DNA of 32,000 nucleotides from Candidatus Nitrosopumilus koreensis AR1. GTDB taxonomy: Archaea > Thermoproteota > Nitrososphaeria > Nitrososphaerales > Nitrosopumilaceae. Each line of letters starts with the position of its first letter. Positions within the stretch are counted from its first letter, which is position 1. Positions 17,526-26,353 of the stretch are shown in pieces. The position numbers and the translations under genes are program-made. Location: NCBI RefSeq assembly GCF_000299365.1, contig NC_018655.1:780001-812000 (forward strand). Reading direction: 5' to 3'. Under the pieces are notes generated by a model, which was given only the letters and a program-made list of their open reading frames with translations, made no database searches and was not told where the DNA came from.

Positions 17526-18155
17526 ATGAAAATGACCCCTCTACGAAATAATCGCAGAGCAATCAGTACAGTACTTACAACCATCATCATCTTGGTGGCT
17601 TCTGTTGTACTTGGTTCAGGTGTAGTTGTTTACGGCACATCACTTTTCCAAGGCGGTACACAACAAGAAGCAATTTCAGTCCAAGGTGTCCAGTTGTGGG
17701 TTAATGCTACTGATTCAAACGGCGTTGCATGGGGTGCTGCTGCTGTAAGAAACAGTGGTGACAAAATCTTGTCTACAGACAAGATAGAAGTCAGAGGTAC
17801 TAACGTTCCATTCTCAGCCTGGTATGTAGACACAGATCCAGACAGAGTAACGGTAGATAACTTCCAGGCACAATTCATTTCAACCGGAACTGTTTCAGGT
17901 CAAATGCAATCTACAGGTTCAACATGTGCATCTGCAGATCTTGAAATTGATCTGGATGATGCAGGTGCATTACCAGCATTATGTATGACCAAACAATCAG
18001 GTCCTGTTGGTTTGAATCCAGGTGACAGAATGATCATCTACTTCAAAGTTCCAGATGGAACTCTATCATCACTTGATGCAGGAGCAACATCTAGCTTGAA
18101 TATCTTCGCCGGAAAAACTGGTGCACCACAAAGTGTAACCATCGCAAATACTTAG
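17526..18155 (+). CDS. Type IV pilin/archaellin-like major structural subunit candidate
   Basis: LRNNRRAISTVLTTIIILVASVVLGSGVVVYG, then a hydrophilic beta-rich domain with two cysteines. Confidence 0.9.
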   Translation: MKMTPLRNNRRAISTVLTTIIILVASVVLGSGVVVYGTSLFQGGTQQEAISVQGVQLWVNATDSNGVAWGAAAVRNSGDKILSTDKIEVRGTNVPFSAWYVDTDPDRVTVDNFQAQFISTGTVSGQMQSTGSTCASADLEIDLDDAGALPALCMTKQSGPVGLNPGDRMIIYFKVPDGTLSSLDAGATSSLNIFAGKTGAPQSVTIANT

Positions 18156-18209
18156 GATTCGGTGTTTTTTTAATGAATCCATTTTTTCCTTTTTCTTTAG
18201 GTGAAGTAA

Positions 18210-19739
18210 ATGAAGGATAAAACAAAGTCTGTAGAAACTTTTCTTAAAAGTGAGTTTTTTGATCCAAATCAAAAACAAGCTTCATCAGAATTAAAGATTA
18301 TAAAAAATTATGAACTGAATGCACCATACAGTTATGCAAATATTTTGTATAATGAAAAAAATTCCAGTTATGAATACCAAATTGATGAGATTAAATTAAA
18401 TCATGAAGAGCAAGAAATTTTTAACAAATTATACCAATTATTAGAGGAAAGCATAGACTCTGTAAAAAATGCAAAAGGAGATAATTTTGAAAGTTTTCTA
18501 AATACCATAATTGATGAAAATAAAAAATTATTTGAAAGATATCCTGTAGCAAGTTTGGAGAAAGTAAAATATTATCTTAGACGAGACATCTCAGGATTTG
18601 GAATCATTGATGGATTGATGTGGGATCCTAATATTGAGGATATCAGTTGTGCTGGAATCAATACTCCAATTTACATTTGGCACAGACAATACGACAGCAT
18701 CCCAACAAATATTCAATTTGAACCAAGTAATCTAAACAATTTTGTGTCTAGAATTGTATTTCGTGCAGGAAAACATGTTAGTTCTGCACATCCAATCACA
18801 GATTTAGCATTAGAAGGCAATCACAGAATCTCAGTTCTGTATCAAAAAGAGGTAACACCAAAAGGTACCAGTTTCACTATTAGAAAATTCAAAGAAGATC
18901 CATACACAATTGTTGATTTGATAGACTTTGAGACAATGGATACGTCAATGGCGGCATATCTATGGTTGTTAATGGAGGCAAAGATGTCCATAATGGTGAT
19001 TGGTTCAACAGGTAGTGGAAAAACTACCATTCTTAATGCAATAACTGGGTTGGTCAATCCAGATTACAAGATATTTTCAGTTGAAGATGTATCTGAAATT
19101 AACATAAAACATGAGAACTGGTTTAGTCTGATTTCAAGACCGGGTTTTGGAACACAAGGAGAGGGCGAAATTGGACTGTATGATTTGATAAAATCAGGAG
19201 TAAGACACAGACCAGATTACATTATAGTAGGAGAGATTAGAGGCTCTGAAGCTTATGTGATGTTTCAAGCAATGGCAACAGGTCATGGAGGATTGTGTAC
19301 AATGCATGCAGATAGTTTGATTTCTGCAACAAAAAGACTTCAACAAAAACCAATGGAGATTCCACCATCATACATGACTTTGATGAACTGTGCAATTGTG
19401 ATTAAACGAGTAAAAGACAATGAGACAAATCAAAGTACAAGAAAGATAGTTTCGATTGAAGAGATTAAAGACAGTAATTCATTTAATTCTGTTTTCAAAT
19501 GGAATGCAAAAAACAAAACATTTGATTCAGAGATTGAAAAAAGCGAGATGGTAAAAAGAATTGCAGAGTCACAAGGTCAAGCAGTTAATGAGTTAATTGA
19601 TGAATACAAAAAAAGAGTTTCAATTCTAAAATATCTCAAAGATCATAATATTCGAGACTATAAAGAGACAAGTGATTTTATTGGAAGATATTATAGAAAC
19701 CCAAATGAAATTCTAGAAAAAATTCATTATGAGGTGTAA
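18210..19739 (+). CDS. Type II/IV secretion-system ATPase (ArlI/VirB11/TadA-like) for pilus assembly
   Basis: MVIGSTGSGKTTILNAI, ISVEDVSEINI-type Asp box, PDYIIVGEIRGSEAYVMFQAMATGHGGLCTMHAD. SD AGGTGA before ATG. Confidence 0.95.
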   Translation: MKDKTKSVETFLKSEFFDPNQKQASSELKIIKNYELNAPYSYANILYNEKNSSYEYQIDEIKLNHEEQEIFNKLYQLLEESIDSVKNAKGDNFESFLNTIIDENKKLFERYPVASLEKVKYYLRRDISGFGIIDGLMWDPNIEDISCAGINTPIYIWHRQYDSIPTNIQFEPSNLNNFVSRIVFRAGKHVSSAHPITDLALEGNHRISVLYQKEVTPKGTSFTIRKFKEDPYTIVDLIDFETMDTSMAAYLWLLMEAKMSIMVIGSTGSGKTTILNAITGLVNPDYKIFSVEDVSEINIKHENWFSLISRPGFGTQGEGEIGLYDLIKSGVRHRPDYIIVGEIRGSEAYVMFQAMATGHGGLCTMHADSLISATKRLQQKPMEIPPSYMTLMNCAIVIKRVKDNETNQSTRKIVSIEEIKDSNSFNSVFKWNAKNKTFDSEIEKSEMVKRIAESQGQAVNELIDEYKKRVSILKYLKDHNIRDYKETSDFIGRYYRNPNEILEKIHYEV

Positions 19740-19742
19740 AAA

Positions 19743-21191
19743 CTGCTTTCACTGAAAGACAGTCAAAAGAAAATCGACAAAAAGGAAAAAACAAAACTAG
19801 AAAGAGAAATTCCTTATTTTATCACATTTGTTACATTATTAGCAACAAGTGGATTTGGACCATACACAATATTTGAAAAGATAAAAAATTTTGATATTTT
19901 GCCACATACACAGACTCAAGCAAAAAGAATACTGAAAAGAATAGAGATTTTGGGCATGGATCCAATATCGGCCATAACTCAAGCAAAAGACAAGACATCA
20001 TCAAAGACAATGTCAGATTTTCTTGGAGGTTATGTTTCAGCAATAGAGGGAGGAGGAGATGTAGTAAATTATCTAAAAAGCAAGATGAATGGAGCATTTG
20101 ACTCCTATGCTGAAACAGAAAAACAAAAGATCAGCAAAGTAAAGGCACTTGTAGAGTCATACATGACAATACAAATAGTAATTTTAGCAGTATACATTAT
20201 ATTTTCAGCAGTTGGTTCAGGTACAGACCCAACAGCATTAGCTCAGAATTCAGGTGACAACTCACAACTATTGTTGATTGTAATTCCGCCAATAATATCC
20301 GCAGCATTTATCTTTCTTGCAAGTAAAACAAATTCTTCATTCTTACCAGAAATGCCAGTAAAACAAATTGCAATGTACACAATTCCAATATGCAGTATTG
20401 GTTTTACAATTACATTATTGGGAATCATCAAAGAGTACAATGCATTTATCATGATGTTTTCTCTAGTGGCTGCAGCAGTATTTCCTGCAATGAAATTTAA
20501 AAGAACATATCAACGATCAATTGATGCTGAAAATGCTACTCCAAGAATAATGAGAGATATTGCTGAGTCAAGAAAAGCAGGAACTAGTCCAGAAAAATGT
20601 GTAATCCGGGCATGTAAAAGTAAAGATTACAAATTATTTACATCAACATCCAATACAATAGGAAGTAAATTGGAATGGGGCATACCATTTGATGATATTT
20701 TTAATTCATTGAAAAAAGAGATTAAAGATTTTCAAGTCTTGATTAATTTTAAGATCTTGTTTGAAATCATTTCAGGAGGAGGAGGAAACATCCATACACT
20801 GATATCTCTTGCAGATATTTCAGAAAAAATCCACAGCATTGAGAAAACAAAACGCAGTTTACTTAAACCATACATAATGATTGGATTCATTTTGATGGGC
20901 ATGACAGGATTAACAACATTACTGGTAATTGATTCACTTGCAAGCATAGGAATTCAGTCTGAAACAGATTCTGAAAGGATTGCATTAATGGAGAAAAATT
21001 CACAAGAAAGTTTTGAAATGTATTCAATTGTCATTCTGATTCAAGGATGGTTAGCAGGCATATTCTTAGGAAAAGTAGTCACAGGCACATATTCAGGAGG
21101 ATTCCAATACTCAATAATTTTGGTGTTGATTGCGTTTGGAAGCATCATGCTTATTCAGAGTTCAATTGTAAGCATTGGCGCCCTGTTCTAG
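19743..21191 (+). CDS. Type II secretion system F/ArlJ/TadC-like polytopic membrane protein, probable CTG start
   Basis: Listed ORF starts at TTG 19899, but the frame is open back to CTG 19743 and adds LSLKDSQKKIDKKEKTKLEREIPYFITFVTLLATSGFGPYTIFEKI. GAGGTG at 19731-19736. Confidence 0.88.
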   Translation: MLSLKDSQKKIDKKEKTKLEREIPYFITFVTLLATSGFGPYTIFEKIKNFDILPHTQTQAKRILKRIEILGMDPISAITQAKDKTSSKTMSDFLGGYVSAIEGGGDVVNYLKSKMNGAFDSYAETEKQKISKVKALVESYMTIQIVILAVYIIFSAVGSGTDPTALAQNSGDNSQLLLIVIPPIISAAFIFLASKTNSSFLPEMPVKQIAMYTIPICSIGFTITLLGIIKEYNAFIMMFSLVAAAVFPAMKFKRTYQRSIDAENATPRIMRDIAESRKAGTSPEKCVIRACKSKDYKLFTSTSNTIGSKLEWGIPFDDIFNSLKKEIKDFQVLINFKILFEIISGGGGNIHTLISLADISEKIHSIEKTKRSLLKPYIMIGFILMGMTGLTTLLVIDSLASIGIQSETDSERIALMEKNSQESFEMYSIVILIQGWLAGIFLGKVVTGTYSGGFQYSIILVLIAFGSIMLIQSSIVSIGALF

Positions 21192-21250
21192 TATGTATTG
21201 TTTAGAGTCATACTGCTCGATATATCCAATTTGAGCCCAAAATCAACACA

Positions 21251-23863
21251 TTGAAGACTGTCTTAGTGATACTTTTAGTTCTAGTTGTGGTTGGAGGAGG
21301 AGTACCAATAGATGCCCAATCCAATTTTGGAGTACAGAATCCATTTGATAAACAACCTGACTTGGAATTTGGATATCAATTACATCCACAAAAATTCTTG
21401 GAAAATACAGAAGGCATAATCAACATACATGCATTAAACAATGAAAACATTTTACCAGTTGAGATAAACGGATTAAAAGTATCTAGTTCAGACAACACAA
21501 TAGTAGCAATTACAGGAATCAGTAATGCAGAAAACTATTCGACAGAAATCAAAATATTGGCAAAAGAACCAGGTTTTGCAAACATATCTCTTGCAGCACC
21601 AGGATTCAAATCACAAGAAATTCCAATAGTTATCTACAACAACAACAATCATCCAACCCAAATATTACTAAAAACAACTCCAAATGATTTTCCAGTAGAT
21701 GGCCCAAAATTTGGATATATCGGAATTGAGCTTGCAACTACAGGCAATTTACCCGTAATTGCAACAGAAGACACCATTGTAAAAATTTCCACTCCAAATA
21801 CAAATGTGATAAAATTACAAGAGTCAGAGATTACAATACCAAAAGGAGAATATTATACACTGACAAAATTCAACATAAAAGAATCAGGAGATGCAATTAT
21901 ATTTGCAGAAACAGAAGGGATGAAAAAAGTTAGCCAATTCATCCATGTCAGGGAAGCAAAAACACCGTTACAATTACAACTATATGTTTTTCCAAAAAAT
22001 TTCAATAGCTTTTCATCACAAACAGGCTATGCAATTGTTCAATTACAAGATGCTGAAGGAATACCTGTAAAAGCAGACAAGAATATTAATTTGAAAATAG
22101 GAGTAGAAAACCCAGATTCAGGAATTAATACCAGTCATGATTTTGAAGAATTTTTGTTTGCGTCAAATGAATTAGAGATAAAAGAAGGAAGTTATTCCAC
22201 ATTTAGTAGTTTTTCAATAAGACCAAATGTTGCAGATTTTACAGATGAATTTGTGCAATCATACAATTTTTACATTATAGCAGATGATCATATCGCAAAA
22301 GGGGATTCTATTACAGTTACACATGATGAAATAGGAGCCATAGAAGGAAAGGGTCCAGCAATAACACAAACACTCCCATTTTTAACAACAGGTGAAAAAG
22401 AGCTTGTAGGAGTAACATATTTTGAAACAGAAGTTGAGGTTTCAAGACAGTTAGGAACAAGTACATTAGGCAAGACAGATAGAGAAACAGTTACAGTTTC
22501 AGTACCCGTAGTAGCAAGTGAAGATCTTTTTGTCAATGTTGCATCATCAAACTTGAAAACGGTGGATGCAGAAAATGCGTTTATTCCAAAGGGGAAAAAT
22601 ACTGGTTTGATTTTTGGAAATACTGGAACAATGATTCCAGATGAAGGAGAATCTCTTGAATTCTATATTACTGATAACAAGAAATCTTCAACAGTTGCAG
22701 GAGAACCAAACGGTCCATTGGAAGATGATCTTTCGTTAATTGTAGAGCCACTTATTCCAAAGATTCTTGCATATTCACAATTTCCAATAATTGGGTATCT
22801 GTTAGAAAGTCCTGAAGAGGATGAGGAAGTTACAACTGCAGATGATGAGGAAGAAGAGGAAGACGGACGAATAGGAGTTACTCATTTTATCAAAGATTCA
22901 GTCATGACATTTAGTGCTAATGAGAATTTTGAGATTCCACCAGAAGTGATAACACAAAATCAAGAGTATGCTGTAATTTTTGGTCAATCAAATAAGATAG
23001 GTACTAGCAGCATGACAGTTCAAGCCACAGGTATGGAAACAGGATTAAGTTTAGAGAGTCACACTACAGATCCAACCAACATAGAGTTATCCGTATCTAA
23101 GAACATCCTTCCCATGACCAAAAACTTGGCATCAATCCAGCTTTTAGACTCTGTTGGGAATCCTGCATATGCTAAAAACCAAATCACATTAGAGATCGTA
23201 TCAAATAATCAATATTCTTTGAAATTACCTGAGAATATAGTAATTGAAAAAGGGGAATATTTCAAATCATTTGAGATAGAATCATTTTCAGAAGGCACTA
23301 CAGAAATCACTATGTTAGCAGAAGACTTGCCAATGCATAATTTTGAATTAACTGTTAATGGATTTCATCCCGAAATATCACTAGTTGCGCCTAACTCAAT
23401 TGATCAAGGTACACAAATAACTGCAGAGTTGTTATTAGATTATCCAACATCAACATTATCTGTAGAAAATTTTGATGTAAATTGGAATGTTATTGGCGGA
23501 AAAATAATTGAACAAGAAACCACAACAGATAGTGACGGAAAAGCTAGAATCACAATAGATGAAATCAAATCAGAGAGTCTAGAGATTTATGCATCAGTTG
23601 AAGGATTAGGATTTACAAATCTAGAAATAAATAAAACAATCAAAGTTATTCCTGCTCCCATCACAGATGCAGTAACTGAAGAAACAAATAATGAAATATT
23701 TACTGAAAATAATTTCATATTGTTTGCAATTCCAGGTGCAGCAGGAGCTGCATTCTTTTATCTAAGAAAAACAAATCGCTTAGAAGAGATCACAGAAAGA
23801 TTTAACATATCTGAGAAAATTGAAGAGATAAAAGAAAGAGTTTCAAGCATTAGAGAAAGGTAA
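21251..23863 (+). CDS. Large secreted, C-terminally anchored surface protein with Ig/invasin-like repeats
   Basis: N-terminal signal peptide; repeated beta-rich motifs such as KNQITLEIVSNN...IVIEKGEYFKSFEI; C-terminal membrane helix FILFAIPGAAGAAFFYL followed by a charged tail. Confidence 0.85.
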   Translation: MKTVLVILLVLVVVGGGVPIDAQSNFGVQNPFDKQPDLEFGYQLHPQKFLENTEGIINIHALNNENILPVEINGLKVSSSDNTIVAITGISNAENYSTEIKILAKEPGFANISLAAPGFKSQEIPIVIYNNNNHPTQILLKTTPNDFPVDGPKFGYIGIELATTGNLPVIATEDTIVKISTPNTNVIKLQESEITIPKGEYYTLTKFNIKESGDAIIFAETEGMKKVSQFIHVREAKTPLQLQLYVFPKNFNSFSSQTGYAIVQLQDAEGIPVKADKNINLKIGVENPDSGINTSHDFEEFLFASNELEIKEGSYSTFSSFSIRPNVADFTDEFVQSYNFYIIADDHIAKGDSITVTHDEIGAIEGKGPAITQTLPFLTTGEKELVGVTYFETEVEVSRQLGTSTLGKTDRETVTVSVPVVASEDLFVNVASSNLKTVDAENAFIPKGKNTGLIFGNTGTMIPDEGESLEFYITDNKKSSTVAGEPNGPLEDDLSLIVEPLIPKILAYSQFPIIGYLLESPEEDEEVTTADDEEEEEDGRIGVTHFIKDSVMTFSANENFEIPPEVITQNQEYAVIFGQSNKIGTSSMTVQATGMETGLSLESHTTDPTNIELSVSKNILPMTKNLASIQLLDSVGNPAYAKNQITLEIVSNNQYSLKLPENIVIEKGEYFKSFEIESFSEGTTEITMLAEDLPMHNFELTVNGFHPEISLVAPNSIDQGTQITAELLLDYPTSTLSVENFDVNWNVIGGKIIEQETTTDSDGKARITIDEIKSESLEIYASVEGLGFTNLEINKTIKVIPAPITDAVTEETNNEIFTENNFILFAIPGAAGAAFFYLRKTNRLEEITERFNISEKIEEIKERVSSIRER

Positions 23864-24106
23864 TTGAATCATTTGCTTGAATTTTGACATATGATGTGGA
23901 AAATGTTCTTTGGTTCTAGAATGTCTGGCAAGCATCACCAAAGAGATGAATCCTTCTGCAAACAAAGCAGTTCCTTCAATAGGCGAGACATGAATCAAAC
24001 CAAAATTTTGCACCAGAACAGTTCCAATAATTATAACAAGCACAACAGAATAGTAAATTGCGTATTTTTCAGTATCAGGATTATGGAATATCTTAAAAAT
24101 TTTCAT
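23843..24106 (-). CDS. Small membrane protein, unknown function
   Basis: Preferred start MKIFKIFHNPDTEKYAIYYSVVLVIIIGTVLVQNFG at 24106, with two hydrophobic segments; upstream part of the listed ORF looks non-coding. Confidence 0.65.
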   Translation of the reverse strand: MKIFKIFHNPDTEKYAIYYSVVLVIIIGTVLVQNFGLIHVSPIEGTALFAEGFISLVMLARHSRTKEHFPHHMSKFKQMIQLPFSNA

Positions 24107-24234
24107 AAGGTGAATTTTATTGGAAGATATTAAAATTTTGAGAGTGATAGAAAATTTGCATGCAAACAGTGAAAAATTTTTAATTTTTATAGAATATACG
24201 TGAAAACTCCCAATAATTTGAAGGTGATTTAGAT

Positions 24235-24930
24235 ATGGAAACAATTCCAGAGATTTTTTTGATAAGAATCGGTCTGGCATTAGGAATGCTTGCCATAGGA
24301 GGATTTTTTGATATTTGGAAAAGAGAAGTGCATGATTATCTTTGGATTGTTTTCGGAGTAGCAGGAGCAATATTACTAATTTTTGAACCAAATCAAACAG
24401 ATATAATTTACTCAACACTATTTGCGTTGATCATTGCGCCAATTTCTATACTAATTTGGAGAATGGGATTATTTGGCGGAGCAGATGCTTTTGCATTAAT
24501 TGCACTAGCAGTAATAGCGCCACAAATTACAATTAGTGGAAATATTGTTACACCATTTACGACGTTATCAAATGCTGCAGTATTATTCATAGTTCCATTA
24601 TTAGTAAATGCATTGAGAAATACAATTTCAAAAATTAGAGGAGAGAATATTTTTGAAGGATTTGATGAAACATTACCCAGAAAAATTCTAGCATCATTCT
24701 TAGGATATAGAGCAAAAAATCCAAAATATTGTTTTTCAATTGAGAAAAATGAAGGATCTGTTAAAAAAATAGCATTTTCATTTCACCATGCAGACAATGA
24801 AGAATTTTCAGAAAAACCAAACACATGGGTTACCCCTGGAATCCCATATCTGTTATTAATTATTGGAGGTTTCTTGATTCAATTAGGATATGGAGACATA
24901 ATTCTAATCGGTATGGGTATGGGGCCATAA
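24235..24930 (+). CDS. Type IV prepilin/prearchaellin peptidase (A24 aspartyl protease, PibD/ArlK-like)
   Basis: FDIWKREVHDYLW and MGLFGGADAFALIALAV (GxGD-type catalytic Asp region) in a polytopic protein. SD AAGGTGAT before ATG. Confidence 0.88.
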   Translation: METIPEIFLIRIGLALGMLAIGGFFDIWKREVHDYLWIVFGVAGAILLIFEPNQTDIIYSTLFALIIAPISILIWRMGLFGGADAFALIALAVIAPQITISGNIVTPFTTLSNAAVLFIVPLLVNALRNTISKIRGENIFEGFDETLPRKILASFLGYRAKNPKYCFSIEKNEGSVKKIAFSFHHADNEEFSEKPNTWVTPGIPYLLLIIGGFLIQLGYGDIILIGMGMGP

Positions 24931-25003
24931 TTTTTCATATAATGTATCTGTAATGTGATAATACAGACACGGGCTTAAGACCACCATTCTGTATTAAAAA
25001 AAT

Positions 25004-25954
25004 ATGACAATGGAAGAGGCATTATTAGAAGGATATGTGTTTGATGCAAGACATGCAGAATCAATAGACAAGATCAATAAAATTTTCTCTCAATATGGAT
25101 TAACGCCAAATCAATCTAAAGTATATCTTCATTTAACAAAGGCAGGAGAAAAAACAGCCTCAGAAATATGTAAAAGTTTGAAAATTCCCAGAACAGAAAC
25201 ATATCATCTGTTAAATTCATTAGAGCAAAAAGGAATAATCTATTCAATTTTTGGGAAACCCTCAAAATTCAATTCCATTCCAATAAACGATGCAATGAAT
25301 ATTCTGATAGATAATGAAAAGAAAAGAATTTCAGAATTAGAATCAAAAAAGAAAACAATCATATCATTATGGCAAACACTTCCAGAATTTCATAGTGAAA
25401 AAGCAGAATTGTCTGAGAACAGATTCCAAAGTCTACAAGGACGAAATTCAATTTTAGTAAAAATAGAACAGATGACAAAAACAGCAACAAAGTCAATACA
25501 TGTTTTGGGAACAGAAGCTAATTTTATAAAATTTTACCATACAGATTTTGTAGATTACCTAAAAAACACCAAAGCAGAATTAGGAATAGTTACAACATTT
25601 TCTGAAAAAGGAAATTATGTTTTTGAGGGAATTAATTTAGAACATATAAAAAAATTAGAGGATAGTCATCAAGACAATTTCTCATTTATCATAAAAGATG
25701 AATCAGAAGTATTGTTTTTTGTAAATAACTTAGATGTTGAATTTATGGCAATGTGGACGGATTCAAAATCTTTTGTATCAACATTAGAATCCCTGTTCAA
25801 ATTGATTTGGAGAAAATCAGGACATGTTTTAGAAAAAGAAGATGAGGAATTTGATGAAAAGGAATACGAACACAGACTAAGAGAGATAGAACAAGAAAAA
25901 ATCATTCTAAACTATATCCACAAAAACATTCTTGCAAAAAAGAGGAGAACATAA
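25004..25954 (+). CDS. TrmB family transcriptional regulator (paralogue of 9120-9986)
   Basis: SQYGLTPNQSKVYLHLTKAGEKTASEICKSLKIPRTETYHLLNSLEQKGII, with an extra charged C-terminal extension. Confidence 0.9.
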   Translation: MTMEEALLEGYVFDARHAESIDKINKIFSQYGLTPNQSKVYLHLTKAGEKTASEICKSLKIPRTETYHLLNSLEQKGIIYSIFGKPSKFNSIPINDAMNILIDNEKKRISELESKKKTIISLWQTLPEFHSEKAELSENRFQSLQGRNSILVKIEQMTKTATKSIHVLGTEANFIKFYHTDFVDYLKNTKAELGIVTTFSEKGNYVFEGINLEHIKKLEDSHQDNFSFIIKDESEVLFFVNNLDVEFMAMWTDSKSFVSTLESLFKLIWRKSGHVLEKEDEEFDEKEYEHRLREIEQEKIILNYIHKNILAKKRRT

Positions 25955-26343
25955 TGAGCGACATAATAACTGCAAAAAAAGAACTTAGTATACTAATAAT
26001 TGATGACAATGAGCAGATTACAAAAATGATATCAACATTTTTGAGTCTAAATAGTCACAAATGCACAATTGCAAATCATGCACAAGATGGGCTAGAATAT
26101 ATCATCAAAAACGACTATGATGCAGTCATACTTGATCTCACCATGCCAGACATGGATGGATACGACATATTAGAAAAAATCAAAGAGTCAGACATACGAC
26201 ACAAAGTAATTGTTTTGACAGCATCAAATGTATCTCAAGAAAACATCAAAAAGATAAAACAGACAGGAACAAAAATTATTTTACAAAAACCAGTTGATAT
26301 TGATACCCTATTAGAAAAAATTTACCAAATTGTAGACGTGTAA
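25954..26343 (+). CDS. Response regulator receiver-domain protein (CheY-like, stand-alone)
   Basis: ILIIDDNEQI, DAVILDLTMPDMDGYDIL, VLTAS and LQKPVD; 1-nt overlap with the TrmB gene. Confidence 0.95.
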   Translation: MSDIITAKKELSILIIDDNEQITKMISTFLSLNSHKCTIANHAQDGLEYIIKNDYDAVILDLTMPDMDGYDILEKIKESDIRHKVIVLTASNVSQENIKKIKQTGTKIILQKPVDIDTLLEKIYQIVDV

Positions 26344-26353
26344 GGGATACAAC

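Noticed and set aside
19831-20097. 88-aa leucine-rich minus-strand ORF
   Set aside because: Fully antisense to the ArlJ/TadC-like gene and only reflects its transmembrane codons.
24107-24418. Upstream extension of the 191-aa minus-strand ORF
   Set aside because: The added N-terminal part is antisense to the prepilin peptidase and crosses an intergenic promoter-like gap; MKIFKIF at 24106 is a better start.
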